Origin: a virus
Lineage: Duplodnaviria; Caudoviricetes
Virus record (IMG/VR): IMGVR_UViG_3300024433_000001
Coordinates: 1-58,212 of that record
DNA: 58,212 nt
Reading direction: 5' to 3' (one strand)
The notes below the pieces were generated by a model. It made no database searches, was not told the origin of the DNA, and saw nothing but the letters and a program-made list of their open reading frames with translations. Below are positions 44,569 to 54,111 of the stretch, one piece after another (position 1 is the first letter of the stretch; every line of letters begins with the position of its first letter). The position numbers and the translations under genes are program-made.

Positions 44569-45198
44569 TCAATTCTCTTCTGGAAACACCAATGGGGTTG
44601 CTCCATTTCCTACATGTCGTACAATATTAGCGTGCCCCTTCAAGGCTTCTTCTTTTGTGTGATAACGCGCTTCTGCTACTGGAACGTCATACAGTTCGCC
44701 CTTAAACACTATTGTTTCGAAAAGTATCGGAAGCTGGTTTGGCAGGGCATGATCAATGCCCAAGAAGACTGTGGATATTACTATATCACCAACACAATCG
44801 TATGCTATCCGCCGTTGTGCCTGAGATTCGCTGAACCAAACGCCCCATTTTATGACATCTGGTTCGACCCGCGGATTCCCTTGTTTGTCCAACACATACA
44901 TGAAAGCCATATTTGGTTCCCTTTCCGAAACGTTGGTCGTGGGCAGCTCAAGTTGATTGCCTACCTCAACAATCCGGTAATAATGTCCGTGGGATCGTTG
45001 CTTGTGTTCGATACACAAACCCAGGTCTGGCCGCCGTTTCAACTGATAATCAACCTCGGATTTGCGTGTAGAAACCGCTGTGACGTGCGCAAGTTCTGTA
45101 AGAGTCCAACCATCTACCCACTCGCCAAGACGCGCTGTTAACACCCGCAGGACCCGCGCAGGGGCCGTCTGTGGGTTATGTATACTCCCTACGTGCAT
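44569..45198 (-). CDS. Hypothetical protein (wHTH-like N-terminus plus STVFLGIDH...FET domain)
   Basis: GGAGG RBS; two-domain appearance. Confidence 0.6.
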   Translation of the reverse strand: MHVGSIHNPQTAPARVLRVLTARLGEWVDGWTLTELAHVTAVSTRKSEVDYQLKRRPDLGLCIEHKQRSHGHYYRIVEVGNQLELPTTNVSEREPNMAFMYVLDKQGNPRVEPDVIKWGVWFSESQAQRRIAYDCVGDIVISTVFLGIDHALPNQLPILFETIVFKGELYDVPVAEARYHTKEEALKGHANIVRHVGNGATPLVFPEEN

Positions 45199-45253
45199 TG
45201 CTCTCTTTCCTCCATTGGCGATATCGTCACATTTCTAAAGTGTTGACAAGGCA

Positions 45254-46036
45254 TCATCCAACTCCTAAGGGATACTCACGCAGCCGCAGATCCTCCGGCC
45301 ATTCGCCGAGGTCTCGCGATAACCGCCCATCAATCCGAAGCTGTTTGATAAACAACGGTACATGGAACTCGTTACATTGATTTTTGATACCTCGAACCCA
45401 ATTAAGTTCTGTTGGTCGTGCCCGTGGGCCAGATTCGCAGCCGACAATTACCCAGTCTAATAGCTCAATAACGGGTATGCAGATACCGGGCTGCTCTTTG
45501 AATACTACGATACGGGTAAGATCAATAGGGCCCAATAATGGCTCACACGACACAAATAGGACACGAGATCGCATCTCCAGCAAGTGCGGTATCCGTTCAA
45601 TGGCGGCATTGTGGTTCTCGACACTTGCGCCAAGCCAGATATTAGGCAGCGGCCATGATGGTAGCGTAGATTTCATTCGCTCGGGCCGTTTCGTCAACAC
45701 CAAAAATTTATGCCGATGGCAACAGCTCATCATCCTGACTATTTCAGCGATGGTTCCCGGGGCGACGTTTTCGTGAAAAAGATCGCTCATGGAGCAGACA
45801 AAGACACGTCGAGGTTTTTGCCAACCTAGCGGCCGTTCGAGACGATCTGGATGGTAGGTTACGCGGAAAGGATCGTCCTTGGGGTAGCCGAACCGGCCCC
45901 GTAGCCGTTGGGCCAAGCGTCGCGCATAACAGTTGTCGCAACCGGGCGTACCTGCATGTGAGCAGCCCGTTATCGGGTTCCAGCTTTCTCCCTTTGTGCC
46001 GTCTGGGTTTTGGACCCACTCTATATCTGTCGGCAT
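45254..46036 (-). CDS. Phage Gp37/Gp68 (DUF5131) family radical-SAM-like protein
   Basis: WNPITGCS..TPGCDNCYA, FVCSMSDLFH, LTKRPER, SCEPLLG, WVIVGCESG, FIKQ. Confidence 0.85.
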   Translation of the reverse strand: MPTDIEWVQNPDGTKGESWNPITGCSHAGTPGCDNCYARRLAQRLRGRFGYPKDDPFRVTYHPDRLERPLGWQKPRRVFVCSMSDLFHENVAPGTIAEIVRMMSCCHRHKFLVLTKRPERMKSTLPSWPLPNIWLGASVENHNAAIERIPHLLEMRSRVLFVSCEPLLGPIDLTRIVVFKEQPGICIPVIELLDWVIVGCESGPRARPTELNWVRGIKNQCNEFHVPLFIKQLRIDGRLSRDLGEWPEDLRLREYPLGVG

Positions 46037-46092
46037 TTGATTTTCCCCCCGTCAATTCATTTTGTTAATTTCCAAATGACGCATCTCGGCCA

Positions 46093-46200
46093 CTACGGGC
46101 CTATCCAGGTTTGTATCAAGTACCGAAAACCGCCTGCCAACCCAAAACCGGCATATAGGCAAAAAATCACCCAAAGTATTCTCCAAAGCATCTTTTTCAT
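46093..46200 (-). CDS. Small membrane peptide (35 aa) not in the ORF track
   Basis: MKKMLWRILWVIFCLYAGFGLAGGFRYLIQTWIGP; AAGG RBS. Confidence 0.45.
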   Translation of the reverse strand: MKKMLWRILWVIFCLYAGFGLAGGFRYLIQTWIGP

Positions 46201-46203
46201 AAT

Positions 46204-46359
46204 TTACCTTTCCTTCTCTGTGGCTCTTGGAATATTCGGTGGGCGTAATTTTCGGGAACAGGCATTACACAAGACAGGGAAACCGTGCGGGTTTTCAAAG
46301 TAAACGTAACAACACGAACAGCAAAGCCCTACGGGCATATCCTTGGCAATAGTATTCAT
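46204..46359 (-). CDS. Small Cys-rich zinc-binding protein (51 aa) not in the ORF track
   Basis: GLCCSCCYVYFENPHGFPVLCNAC; AAGGAG RBS. Confidence 0.55.
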   Translation of the reverse strand: MNTIAKDMPVGLCCSCCYVYFENPHGFPVLCNACSRKLRPPNIPRATEKER

Positions 46360-46542
46360 TTATCTGCTCCTTTCATCCTCTTGGCGGCAATGGTAGTGGT
46401 TCGGGATCGCCTTCCGCGTACCTTTACAAACCGCTACCGCGCCGGCCACTCCTGCCATTACTACCAAGACGAGCAAACCTGCATTTATCAGGCGTAACAC
46501 CATCAGGATTTCCTTTAGGACCTCTACAGCAGTGACCTCCAT
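46360..46542 (-). CDS. Small membrane protein
   Basis: AAGGAG RBS; hydrophobic segment. Confidence 0.5.
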   Translation of the reverse strand: MEVTAVEVLKEILMVLRLINAGLLVLVVMAGVAGAVAVCKGTRKAIPNHYHCRQEDERSR

Positions 46543-46595
46543 TGTTTTCTCCTTTCTACTCCGCCCGTACGTAGAACGCACGGCGAAACTTAAGA

Positions 46596-46799
46596 TTAGG
46601 ATTGTTCTGTTTCCCGTAACCCTATCCCTTGTTCTAGTTCCTCTAGCTCCTGCTCAAGTTGTTCAATTCTAGCATTCGCCTCATCTACGGCGTTGCATAA
46701 GTACCAGATAATCTCTTTTGCCTTTATCCCGTCTGTATTCGCAAGGCGCGAAACATCAAAACGTCCCCTGATCCTAATAGTATCAATGTTGTCTATCAT
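46596..46799 (-). CDS. Small coiled-coil protein
   Basis: MIDNIDT...IEQLEQELEELEQ. Confidence 0.5.
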   Translation of the reverse strand: MIDNIDTIRIRGRFDVSRLANTDGIKAKEIIWYLCNAVDEANARIEQLEQELEELEQGIGLRETEQS

Positions 46800-46800
46800 C

Positions 46801-47379
46801 CTATTGCTTCTTTCGTTCTCTCGGTGGCAGCGTGAACGGTTCAGGATCACCTTCTGCATAATCCAACACCCACAGACATTGCCAATCTTGTTCAGCCTCG
46901 GCGGCATTGGTGGCATAAGTAGAGATAGTGCGGGCATAAGTAGGATCGGCGATGGCCTTGGCGGCATAGCTGGCGGCAATAGCAGCATGATGGGCGGTAA
47001 TGTTGGAGGCATGGGCGGCGGCAATTTGAGCATCATCGGCTGCGATATTTACTTTCGCCAGGGTGGTTTTATTTTCACCACGAAGATATTGACGGGCAAC
47101 CACAATCGCTGTGCGTGGAGCTAGTCCCTCTGGGTGTGTCGTCTCGTAAACTGGCAACACATGGGCTGCAATGCCTGTAAGCAGCCACCGTAGTTTGGTT
47201 ACGCCCAGCATGTCTGAGTGCAGCCCCACACACAGAAAGTCCGTCAAGTTGTCTAGCATTGACCGCTTGTCCCAAAGTCCGCGCAAGTCCAGGCCATCAC
47301 CTACTATCTCGTGGACTCGCGACTCAGAATACTTTGGAGAAGGAGTGTGAGACATGATCCATTTAGTTGTGATTAGCAT
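46801..47379 (-). CDS. Ala-rich protein with Imm5-like core, paralog 2
   Basis: IAAHVLPVYE...APRTAIVVARQYLRGE; start MLITT. Confidence 0.6.
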   Translation of the reverse strand: MLITTKWIMSHTPSPKYSESRVHEIVGDGLDLRGLWDKRSMLDNLTDFLCVGLHSDMLGVTKLRWLLTGIAAHVLPVYETTHPEGLAPRTAIVVARQYLRGENKTTLAKVNIAADDAQIAAAHASNITAHHAAIAASYAAKAIADPTYARTISTYATNAAEAEQDWQCLWVLDYAEGDPEPFTLPPRERKKQ

Positions 47380-47425
47380 TTGCCATATTCCTTTTCTGTG
47401 TGGGCTTGTAGCTAAGCTCTTACCA

Positions 47426-47800
47426 TCAATATATCCACTGTCGAGCAATCTCACATAAAGCCACGAAAACAGAATCCTTATCGCGTTCGAGTTGTCCAAG
47501 GTCGGCATAAGGTACGAGGTCAGGATGTGTTTTCGCCTCTCTGTTATACACCTTCCCATAAACCCAACCCATTGTATAATACGCCTGCATCCAATTATCG
47601 TGTAACTCTTCCGGCGATCCCGATCGGTTGTCTCCACACTGTCGCTCGATCACATCACAAAACTGCTCTTTGAATGGCTCCTCTCTCTCGCTAAAAAGAA
47701 CAGGTACGATAGGGGCGTTTGCTGCTTGAGCTGCAAGCCTGGCAGCGTCGTAGACAAATTGTGCTCGTCTCTCAGTTAATGTTGTCATTATCTGTTTCAT
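47426..47800 (-). CDS. RyR-domain protein
   Basis: LHDNW...GWVYG...KTHPDLVPYADL...DKD. Confidence 0.75.
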   Translation of the reverse strand: MKQIMTTLTERRAQFVYDAARLAAQAANAPIVPVLFSEREEPFKEQFCDVIERQCGDNRSGSPEELHDNWMQAYYTMGWVYGKVYNREAKTHPDLVPYADLGQLERDKDSVFVALCEIARQWIY

Positions 47801-47813
47801 GTGTTTGCTCCTT

Positions 47814-48422
47814 TCATTCTCTTGGTGGCAACGGTAATGGTTCAGGGTCGCCTTCCGCATACTCCAGCGTCCGCAGACACTGCCACTCCCGTTCGGCATT
47901 GATCCTAACAGGGACATAGGTGCCATAGGCACTAGGCCCAGTTATGGCATAGGCGGCATAGGCGGCAGCGCTAGTGACGTGGGCGGCATCGTCGACCCCG
48001 GCAGTAGCATAGGCGACATTGGCGACGGCAATACCAGCGGCGCGAGCGGCGGTAGCGGCAACGTCACGGGCAACGGTATAGGCGGCATCGGCAGCGGGAT
48101 AAACTTGTTCTATCCCAATTTCACCTAGAAGGTATTGTCGAACCGTTACAATCGCGGCACGGGGGGCGTCCTGTGTCGGACACGCCGCCTCATATATCGG
48201 CAACGCACGGACCGCAATGTCTGTCCCCAACCAGCACAGTTTTGGGGTAGATAGCACCCGAAGCGCCACCAAGAGGAAATCCTCCAAACTATCTAACATC
48301 TGCCGCTTTTCCCACAGCCCGCGCAGGTCCAGGCCGCTGCCTAAAATATCACGGACGCGCGACTCAGAATAACAACCTAGGCCCAGTTCGCAGCCCACAA
48401 TCCGGTCAGTTGTGATTAGCAT
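47814..48422 (-). CDS. Ala-rich protein with Imm5-like core, paralog 1
   Basis: IAVRALPIYE...APRAAIVTVRQYLLGE; GGGAG RBS. Confidence 0.6.
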   Translation of the reverse strand: MLITTDRIVGCELGLGCYSESRVRDILGSGLDLRGLWEKRQMLDSLEDFLLVALRVLSTPKLCWLGTDIAVRALPIYEAACPTQDAPRAAIVTVRQYLLGEIGIEQVYPAADAAYTVARDVAATAARAAGIAVANVAYATAGVDDAAHVTSAAAYAAYAITGPSAYGTYVPVRINAEREWQCLRTLEYAEGDPEPLPLPPRE

Positions 48423-48476
48423 TATCTCCCTTTCTCCTTTCGGTTTCTGCACAGTATCCACGGCATGCTGGTTTTT

Positions 48477-48683
48477 CTAACTGCTTGACTTTCCCCTCTG
48501 GTTCTTCTTATTTGATTGTAGGAAAACGATACTTTTCTCAAGTTCGAGAATCCTGTCTGCTTGCTCAACGATCTCGGCTTCGTCGATTTCAAGTTGTTCT
48601 TCTGCATCAGCGAGATCCGCTTCCAAAATCTCTATTTCCCTTATGGCTGATTCTAATGACTTATATTGATCCTGTTCAAACAT
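48477..48683 (-). CDS. Small acidic coiled-coil protein
   Basis: AAGGA RBS. Confidence 0.55.
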   Translation of the reverse strand: MFEQDQYKSLESAIREIEILEADLADAEEQLEIDEAEIVEQADRILELEKSIVFLQSNKKNQRGKSSS

Positions 48684-48703
48684 CTTTTGAATTCCTTTAA
48701 GGG

Positions 48704-48961
48704 TTAAAGTTTTTCCAGATGAGCAAGGACCTCATCCAAACAATCAAAAACCTGCATAACCTTTGCTGATAGTCTAGGTATATATCCTGCCGGAGGCGGA
48801 TCATCCTTTGGGAAAATTTTGGTTTCTGGCGCCGACCCAAGTAATTCGGTCTCCTTCTCGATAGTAACATCCACAAGTTTTTGCGCATAATTTGTTAGGT
48901 TTATCAGCTGCATTTCAAGACCCTCAAAGGGACTCTGTTTGGCCTGTTCAGATGCTGACAT
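48704..48961 (-). CDS. Hypothetical protein
   Basis: AAGGAG RBS before MSASEQ. Confidence 0.55.
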   Translation of the reverse strand: MSASEQAKQSPFEGLEMQLINLTNYAQKLVDVTIEKETELLGSAPETKIFPKDDPPPAGYIPRLSAKVMQVFDCLDEVLAHLEKL

Positions 48962-49053
48962 TTTTACTTTCTCCTTTTTCGGACTCGATACCGACCCTGG
49001 GCACTTTATTGTAGTGCGTGTCCCTTCACGCCGCACAGGCCCACAAAACTGAT

Positions 49054-49323
49054 TCAACGGTCAATGGGTTCCACTAAGTTAATACGGAAAAGGTCCGGGA
49101 CCAACTCATCTGCAATCCGCTTTTCCAGCATATCAAGCACCCATTGAGTTACCTGAATGCCTTGGGGGGTAATAGAACATTGAGTTTTGGGTATCCAAAC
49201 AGGATAAAGAAATTCCCTGACCCAGGCAAAACTCTTTGTCTTTCGATGCCGATAATTAGCCGAAACCAGCAAATACTTTTTAGTTTCATTCTCTACAGAG
49301 GCATGGCTCAGTGTTTGTTTCAT
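49054..49323 (-). CDS. Hypothetical protein (paralog of 56131..56400)
   Basis: MKQTL...ETKK.LLVS...LYPVWIPK...QGIQVTQW. Confidence 0.7.
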   Translation of the reverse strand: MKQTLSHASVENETKKYLLVSANYRHRKTKSFAWVREFLYPVWIPKTQCSITPQGIQVTQWVLDMLEKRIADELVPDLFRINLVEPIDR

Positions 49324-49341
49324 ATGTTTGCCCCTTTCTTT

Positions 49342-50250
49342 TCATTTAGGCTCGACGGCCCCGCAAGTTGTAGGGTTATGGTCATCACAAGCGTTTCGGT
49401 TACGCGGGGCCGCCAAGAACAAGTCCAGTGTTTCTTTTGGCTCGTATTCAAAATCGTTAAATGGAATATGCTCGAACCACCGCAAGCGCGAATAATACCG
49501 CATCATTCGTTTTAATTCTCTGTCGGTCCACCCTGGGGCCACATAACTATCTTTAGAAAGCGCATCAAGTGGCTGAAACCGCATTGGATTAGGCCGCAAA
49601 TTGAATGAGCGTACCCATTCCAATCGAGACTTTGCGTTTTCCGGATCATCATCAAACCCTATAAGAACATAGATAGAAATATCCGTTAGATTTGCTCGCC
49701 GCGCTGCCTGAATGGCATCAGCAACAATGACTTCGTCTTTGCTCGAATCAAAAGCGAATCGTATTTTGACATGTTGTAACGTTGCCAACAAACCGGCATG
49801 TTGTGACGTAAATAAACCCGCATCTAATCCCTGATTAAAGTCCACAGCCCTAAAAGGCCGAAGGGAATCAATTACACGCTCAAAATGTTTCCAAGATGAT
49901 TCAAGAATGTTGTTGTCACAAATCATGGGCGCAGGTCGCCATGACGATAGTTCGCAAAAGTCCCCCTCAACCTTTGGAACAATGCAATATGGACAACGGT
50001 TTGGACAACCTCGTGTTGTGAAGGTTGCACAAGGATTGTGAAAAAGAATGGGTTCTATTGGTGCCTCTTCTGGCGTTTCGTCAGCCCAAGGCGCGCCTAA
50101 AAGGCTGACGGCTGGACCACCAGCAACAACACGTCCTTGATGTGCTGTTGCAATTATCTTGGCATTGGGCAACAACCACGTAAACGGGACAGATATATAC
50201 AGTGCTTCCCCAATGCGCCACTTAGCTATGTTTTTGTGCCACTGATTCAT
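49342..50250 (-). CDS. Radical SAM protein
   Basis: TRGCPNRCPYCIVP (CxxxCxxC), DNN, DFNQGLD, YVLIGF. Confidence 0.85.
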   Translation of the reverse strand: MNQWHKNIAKWRIGEALYISVPFTWLLPNAKIIATAHQGRVVAGGPAVSLLGAPWADETPEEAPIEPILFHNPCATFTTRGCPNRCPYCIVPKVEGDFCELSSWRPAPMICDNNILESSWKHFERVIDSLRPFRAVDFNQGLDAGLFTSQHAGLLATLQHVKIRFAFDSSKDEVIVADAIQAARRANLTDISIYVLIGFDDDPENAKSRLEWVRSFNLRPNPMRFQPLDALSKDSYVAPGWTDRELKRMMRYYSRLRWFEHIPFNDFEYEPKETLDLFLAAPRNRNACDDHNPTTCGAVEPK

Positions 50251-51635
50251 TCTTCACCACACGGGGCCGCCGAGGTTTCTGCTTCATGTAGATATATCTG
50301 GCTTGTCCGTTTCCTGGCCATATCACAATATTTAGGGTTAAGCTCGATACCAATAGCGTTTCGGCCAAGCCGCTGCGCTACGAGCAACGTTGTGCCCGAT
50401 CCCACGAAACAATCCAAGACCGTACAGGGAATGGGGGTAGGATAACTGTTCGTAACATCCATACCCCCAAAGTCTATATCGCCACACCCAACACAGTTAC
50501 AAGATGGTTGCCAACCAACTGTTTTCTTTGCGGCACAGTATTCGGCCCCCGCGATTCGGGCTGCTTGTCGCAATAAGGCTAGTCTGCCGACAGAACTACC
50601 GCTTGGATAGGCCGAATGTGTTTCAGCCTTATGCGACGCGGCGCTTTTTTTTACAACACGAATCCAGGGCGATCCACACTTCGGACAACATCCCTTTTCG
50701 CTTGTGCCGGCCTTGATACATCGCTCGACAAGCGCTTGGGGAAAAACGGCAAAGTGACTTTCCGAGAATGGCTCGGTTGGGATGGTCCATACATCACGGA
50801 CATTACGGCCCTTACTGGCATCGCCATAACGCTTCCTTCCGTTGTGTAACCCACCAGTCGTTCGGTTACCAGACTTGAGAAGCCCGAACGTCTTGTGATA
50901 TTCGGTCTCGCGCCGATATTCGCGGTCTGGATAAACAAACGGTTCCCGTATTGAGTCGCCATCCCAAAAATAGGTTGGCGATTTCGTAAGCAGAAATATA
51001 TGCTCATATGACTTTGTTGGCCTATCCGTCACGCTCTCGGGCATTGCATTCGCCTTTTCCCAGATAATGTCTGAGCGCAACCACCAGCCATCGGCCTGGA
51101 GAGCAAGCGCGGCCCTAGCGGGTATCATGCAAAGCTGCTTACGTTTCAGGCCGGCTTGAGACCAATCTGTTTTCGCCATATCATTATCCGTTATTACGGC
51201 TTTGCCGTGACCAGATCCGATGCCCTTTCCGCTCCCTGAATAACTGTCGCCTAGCACCAGCCAGAGCGTGCCATCGTCACGCAGCACACGCCGCACTTCC
51301 TGGAATACTTGAACGAGCTGGTCTACATAGGCCGCCGGTGTTTTCTCAAGGCCAAGTTGTTTGTCAACCCGTCGCGCACCGCATCTGGCGCAAATTTCCT
51401 TGTATCCTTCCTGGGATTGGGCAACTGTCTTTTTGCCTCCCCTTAATGTAGATGATGCGATTTGCGGATTGTTCCTAACCTTGTGGGCACATTCCGAATC
51501 TCCGCCCTCCCACGCCCTAGTACCAAAATCCCGGAGGCCCCAGTAAGGCGGCGAGGTACAAACGGTGTGTATTGATTCCGTCTTCATACCGCTTAATACC
51601 TCCAGGGCATCGCCCTGAATCACCTCAATGCTCAT
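50247..51635 (-). CDS. Beta-class DNA amino-methyltransferase (N4-C/N6-A)
   Basis: TSPPYW, HFAVFP, VLDCFVGSGTT, IGIELNPKY. Confidence 0.92.
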   Translation of the reverse strand: MSIEVIQGDALEVLSGMKTESIHTVCTSPPYWGLRDFGTRAWEGGDSECAHKVRNNPQIASSTLRGGKKTVAQSQEGYKEICARCGARRVDKQLGLEKTPAAYVDQLVQVFQEVRRVLRDDGTLWLVLGDSYSGSGKGIGSGHGKAVITDNDMAKTDWSQAGLKRKQLCMIPARAALALQADGWWLRSDIIWEKANAMPESVTDRPTKSYEHIFLLTKSPTYFWDGDSIREPFVYPDREYRRETEYHKTFGLLKSGNRTTGGLHNGRKRYGDASKGRNVRDVWTIPTEPFSESHFAVFPQALVERCIKAGTSEKGCCPKCGSPWIRVVKKSAASHKAETHSAYPSGSSVGRLALLRQAARIAGAEYCAAKKTVGWQPSCNCVGCGDIDFGGMDVTNSYPTPIPCTVLDCFVGSGTTLLVAQRLGRNAIGIELNPKYCDMARKRTSQIYLHEAETSAAPCGEE

Positions 51636-52093
51636 TCTGTCAATTCCTCAATCCGAATCCATGCGCCAGGCGGAGTATCATCGTGCGCATAGAACTTTGA
51701 CGTATCGCCAGTAACGGCCAGCGAATCGTCACGCCATATTGCAGCCTCAGTCAGCGCATCCTGCAAGTTCCTAAGCAACTTGTCCCGGTCCAGCCGTCGA
51801 AAAGCAATTGGATATGGCGGCGCAGACTTTTTCAGGTTAGCCTTATTTTTCCCCGTACCATAATGGGTTTTAGGGCGCGGGATGTAGAACGTTACGTCTA
51901 ACCGTACAGCGTTCTCTATAGGAGGTCCTTGGTATGCTTTCTGTGCGGCATATTTGACGCATTCTCGCCATTCCCCGGACCGCGGCGAGCTTTCCTTGGT
52001 GATAATACGGCCCGTTTTACTATGCAGAAAACTCACCTTGCTACCACTCGGATGCGGGAGTCCTCGTACAAAAAATTCAATCGTTTTGCCCAC
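51632..52093 (-). CDS. rusA: RusA-like Holliday junction resolvase
   Basis: FYIPRPK...DRDKLLRNLQDALT...WRDDS. Confidence 0.8.
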   Translation of the reverse strand: MGKTIEFFVRGLPHPSGSKVSFLHSKTGRIITKESSPRSGEWRECVKYAAQKAYQGPPIENAVRLDVTFYIPRPKTHYGTGKNKANLKKSAPPYPIAFRRLDRDKLLRNLQDALTEAAIWRDDSLAVTGDTSKFYAHDDTPPGAWIRIEELTE

Positions 52094-52141
52094 TATGATC
52101 CCCAGAAATCTATATATGAAGTTCGACCTGGTTATTTGCGC

Positions 52142-54085
52142 TCATGCTGTTTTTCCCTTCCCGACAAAACTACAGTTGCCATCGTTTATCCAAACTACGC
52201 CCGTAGGCCGCATCGCCTTGGTCAACTGATCAATATCCGGCTCCTGACGAAGACCCCATGCGCCGGCCAGAATAATGGTCCCATATTCTGCAAAAGCAGT
52301 TTCAAGTTGTTGAAAAATGATGGGTTTGAACTTCCCGTCTAGTCCATCAAGATCGTCAATCAATACGATTCCGTTATCTGCAAACGCTGTAGCAACCGCG
52401 ATCTGCGTAAGGGCTTGCTCACCTTTTGACGCTTGGGCGACAGGACGTTTTGCGGCGCCAGTATGCCCCAACATTACTGTTACGGTTTTACCACCAACAT
52501 CAACAGCCAATTCGTACCCATAAGCTCGAAGTTGTTCGTTGCACCGTTTCTCGAATATCCCGAGGTCGTCGACCATGAACTTCTTGAACAATGCGCCATC
52601 ATGCAAAGCGTTCACAGCCCAGTCCAAGTGAGATTTCTCGGCCCCAAGATCGGCCAAGTGACTTTGATGTTGCCCGAACTCCTTCAACAAGGATAGCGCC
52701 TTTTCAACATCAAGGCCATGTCTGATGCGTTTGTCCAATTTGTCTATCTCAACCTCGATATCTTCGCGTGAACGGTTAGAACATGGTATCAGCGCGGCGA
52801 GTTGTTTCAGTTCCGGGTGTGCTTCACGAAGGTCAGCCGCAAGTGGCCCAAGTTTCTCGTAAACGGCTTCGACTTCTTGGACAGCCTTTTTGCGCAACGC
52901 GTTTCTGTCCTCAATAAGCTGGTTAAATGTGTGCTCCCGATCCAGAAGCGTCCCAAGTTTCGTATTTGCTTCTGCAATTGTATCATCCATAGGAGAAAGC
53001 AGCTCTTTCCGGGCCTTCTCCCCAAGCCGTCTTTTACATGTTGGACATATAGCCCCATCAGCCAATTTGGCGCGTTGCGTCTTGGCTTGGTTCAATATGT
53101 TCTCTGCTTGGGCGCTTTGCCCATGCAGATCAGACAATTTGTCACCCAATTCTTTTATCTCGGCTCCGCAAGCCTCTTGTTCTCTTTCGAGTGAATCCAC
53201 TTGGGTTTGGAGCGGCGCAATTTTGTCCTCGATCTTCGCAATGCGATCTCTTACCTCTGCGCGTTTAGCATCAAGCCGATCTGCCGTCATCCCGCCCTCA
53301 GAAAGGCGGCCCCTTTCCTCGAGCAACGCATCTCGTTCTGCGCTAATAACACGAATCCGATCCCGGACATTAGACAAATCTGCGACATTCAGGGGCGTAC
53401 CATTGGTCGAGCAGGGGATTTCCGTGGTCTCTAGCTCGGCAATCTTGGTTTCAACCATCTTGATATCCCTGTTGATATCTGTTCGTCTCGTGTAGGCCGC
53501 TTGTCCGATAGATTTCAGACTTTCGAGGGAATCGAGCCCAGGCCATTGCTCAAGCCATTTCGCGTGGTCCCCAGCCGTAGCCATTAACTGTTTTCGGTCA
53601 ATATCGCCTACCAACATTTCTGACAAGACATCTCCAAGCTCTTTTGATGTGACATATGTCTTGGGGTTGCCCGCACATTCGGCATGTCGCGAGTTGGCGC
53701 CGATATAGTCCCAGAACATTCGCCGTACCTCGCGAGGATCGCCGGCAAACTTGACGCGGTTGTGTTTGTCAAACACCGTGACCGCAGCGTGGCCGGCTTT
53801 GATGGTCATTGACATGGTCAACTGCTCGCATTGTTTGCCATTCAGGGTCAGCCCAACCTCGACTGTGGCTTCCTTACCGTGGTCGCCTACTAAATCCAGA
53901 TTTTTGAGCCGATTGCCGTTTACATCGAACACACGACCCCAGATCAACATTCGTATAGCCTGAATCAGGCTGCTTTTACCAGCGCCGTTCAACCCCGTCA
54001 GAAACAGTCCTGTCGGTAGATTTTCCAATGTGGCAGATTCAATTCCGCGAAAGTTTTTGATCTTCACGTTGTCAATCGTAACCAT
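52142..54085 (-). CDS. Rad50/SbcC-like coiled-coil ABC ATPase
   Basis: IKNFRG, GLNGAGKS Walker A, central CPTC zinc hook, SKGEQ signature, VLIDDLDGLD Walker B/D-loop. Confidence 0.85.
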   Translation of the reverse strand: MVTIDNVKIKNFRGIESATLENLPTGLFLTGLNGAGKSSLIQAIRMLIWGRVFDVNGNRLKNLDLVGDHGKEATVEVGLTLNGKQCEQLTMSMTIKAGHAAVTVFDKHNRVKFAGDPREVRRMFWDYIGANSRHAECAGNPKTYVTSKELGDVLSEMLVGDIDRKQLMATAGDHAKWLEQWPGLDSLESLKSIGQAAYTRRTDINRDIKMVETKIAELETTEIPCSTNGTPLNVADLSNVRDRIRVISAERDALLEERGRLSEGGMTADRLDAKRAEVRDRIAKIEDKIAPLQTQVDSLEREQEACGAEIKELGDKLSDLHGQSAQAENILNQAKTQRAKLADGAICPTCKRRLGEKARKELLSPMDDTIAEANTKLGTLLDREHTFNQLIEDRNALRKKAVQEVEAVYEKLGPLAADLREAHPELKQLAALIPCSNRSREDIEVEIDKLDKRIRHGLDVEKALSLLKEFGQHQSHLADLGAEKSHLDWAVNALHDGALFKKFMVDDLGIFEKRCNEQLRAYGYELAVDVGGKTVTVMLGHTGAAKRPVAQASKGEQALTQIAVATAFADNGIVLIDDLDGLDGKFKPIIFQQLETAFAEYGTIILAGAWGLRQEPDIDQLTKAMRPTGVVWINDGNCSFVGKGKTA

Positions 54086-54111
54086 TGGTCAATAACCCCT
54101 ATCTTGCGGCG

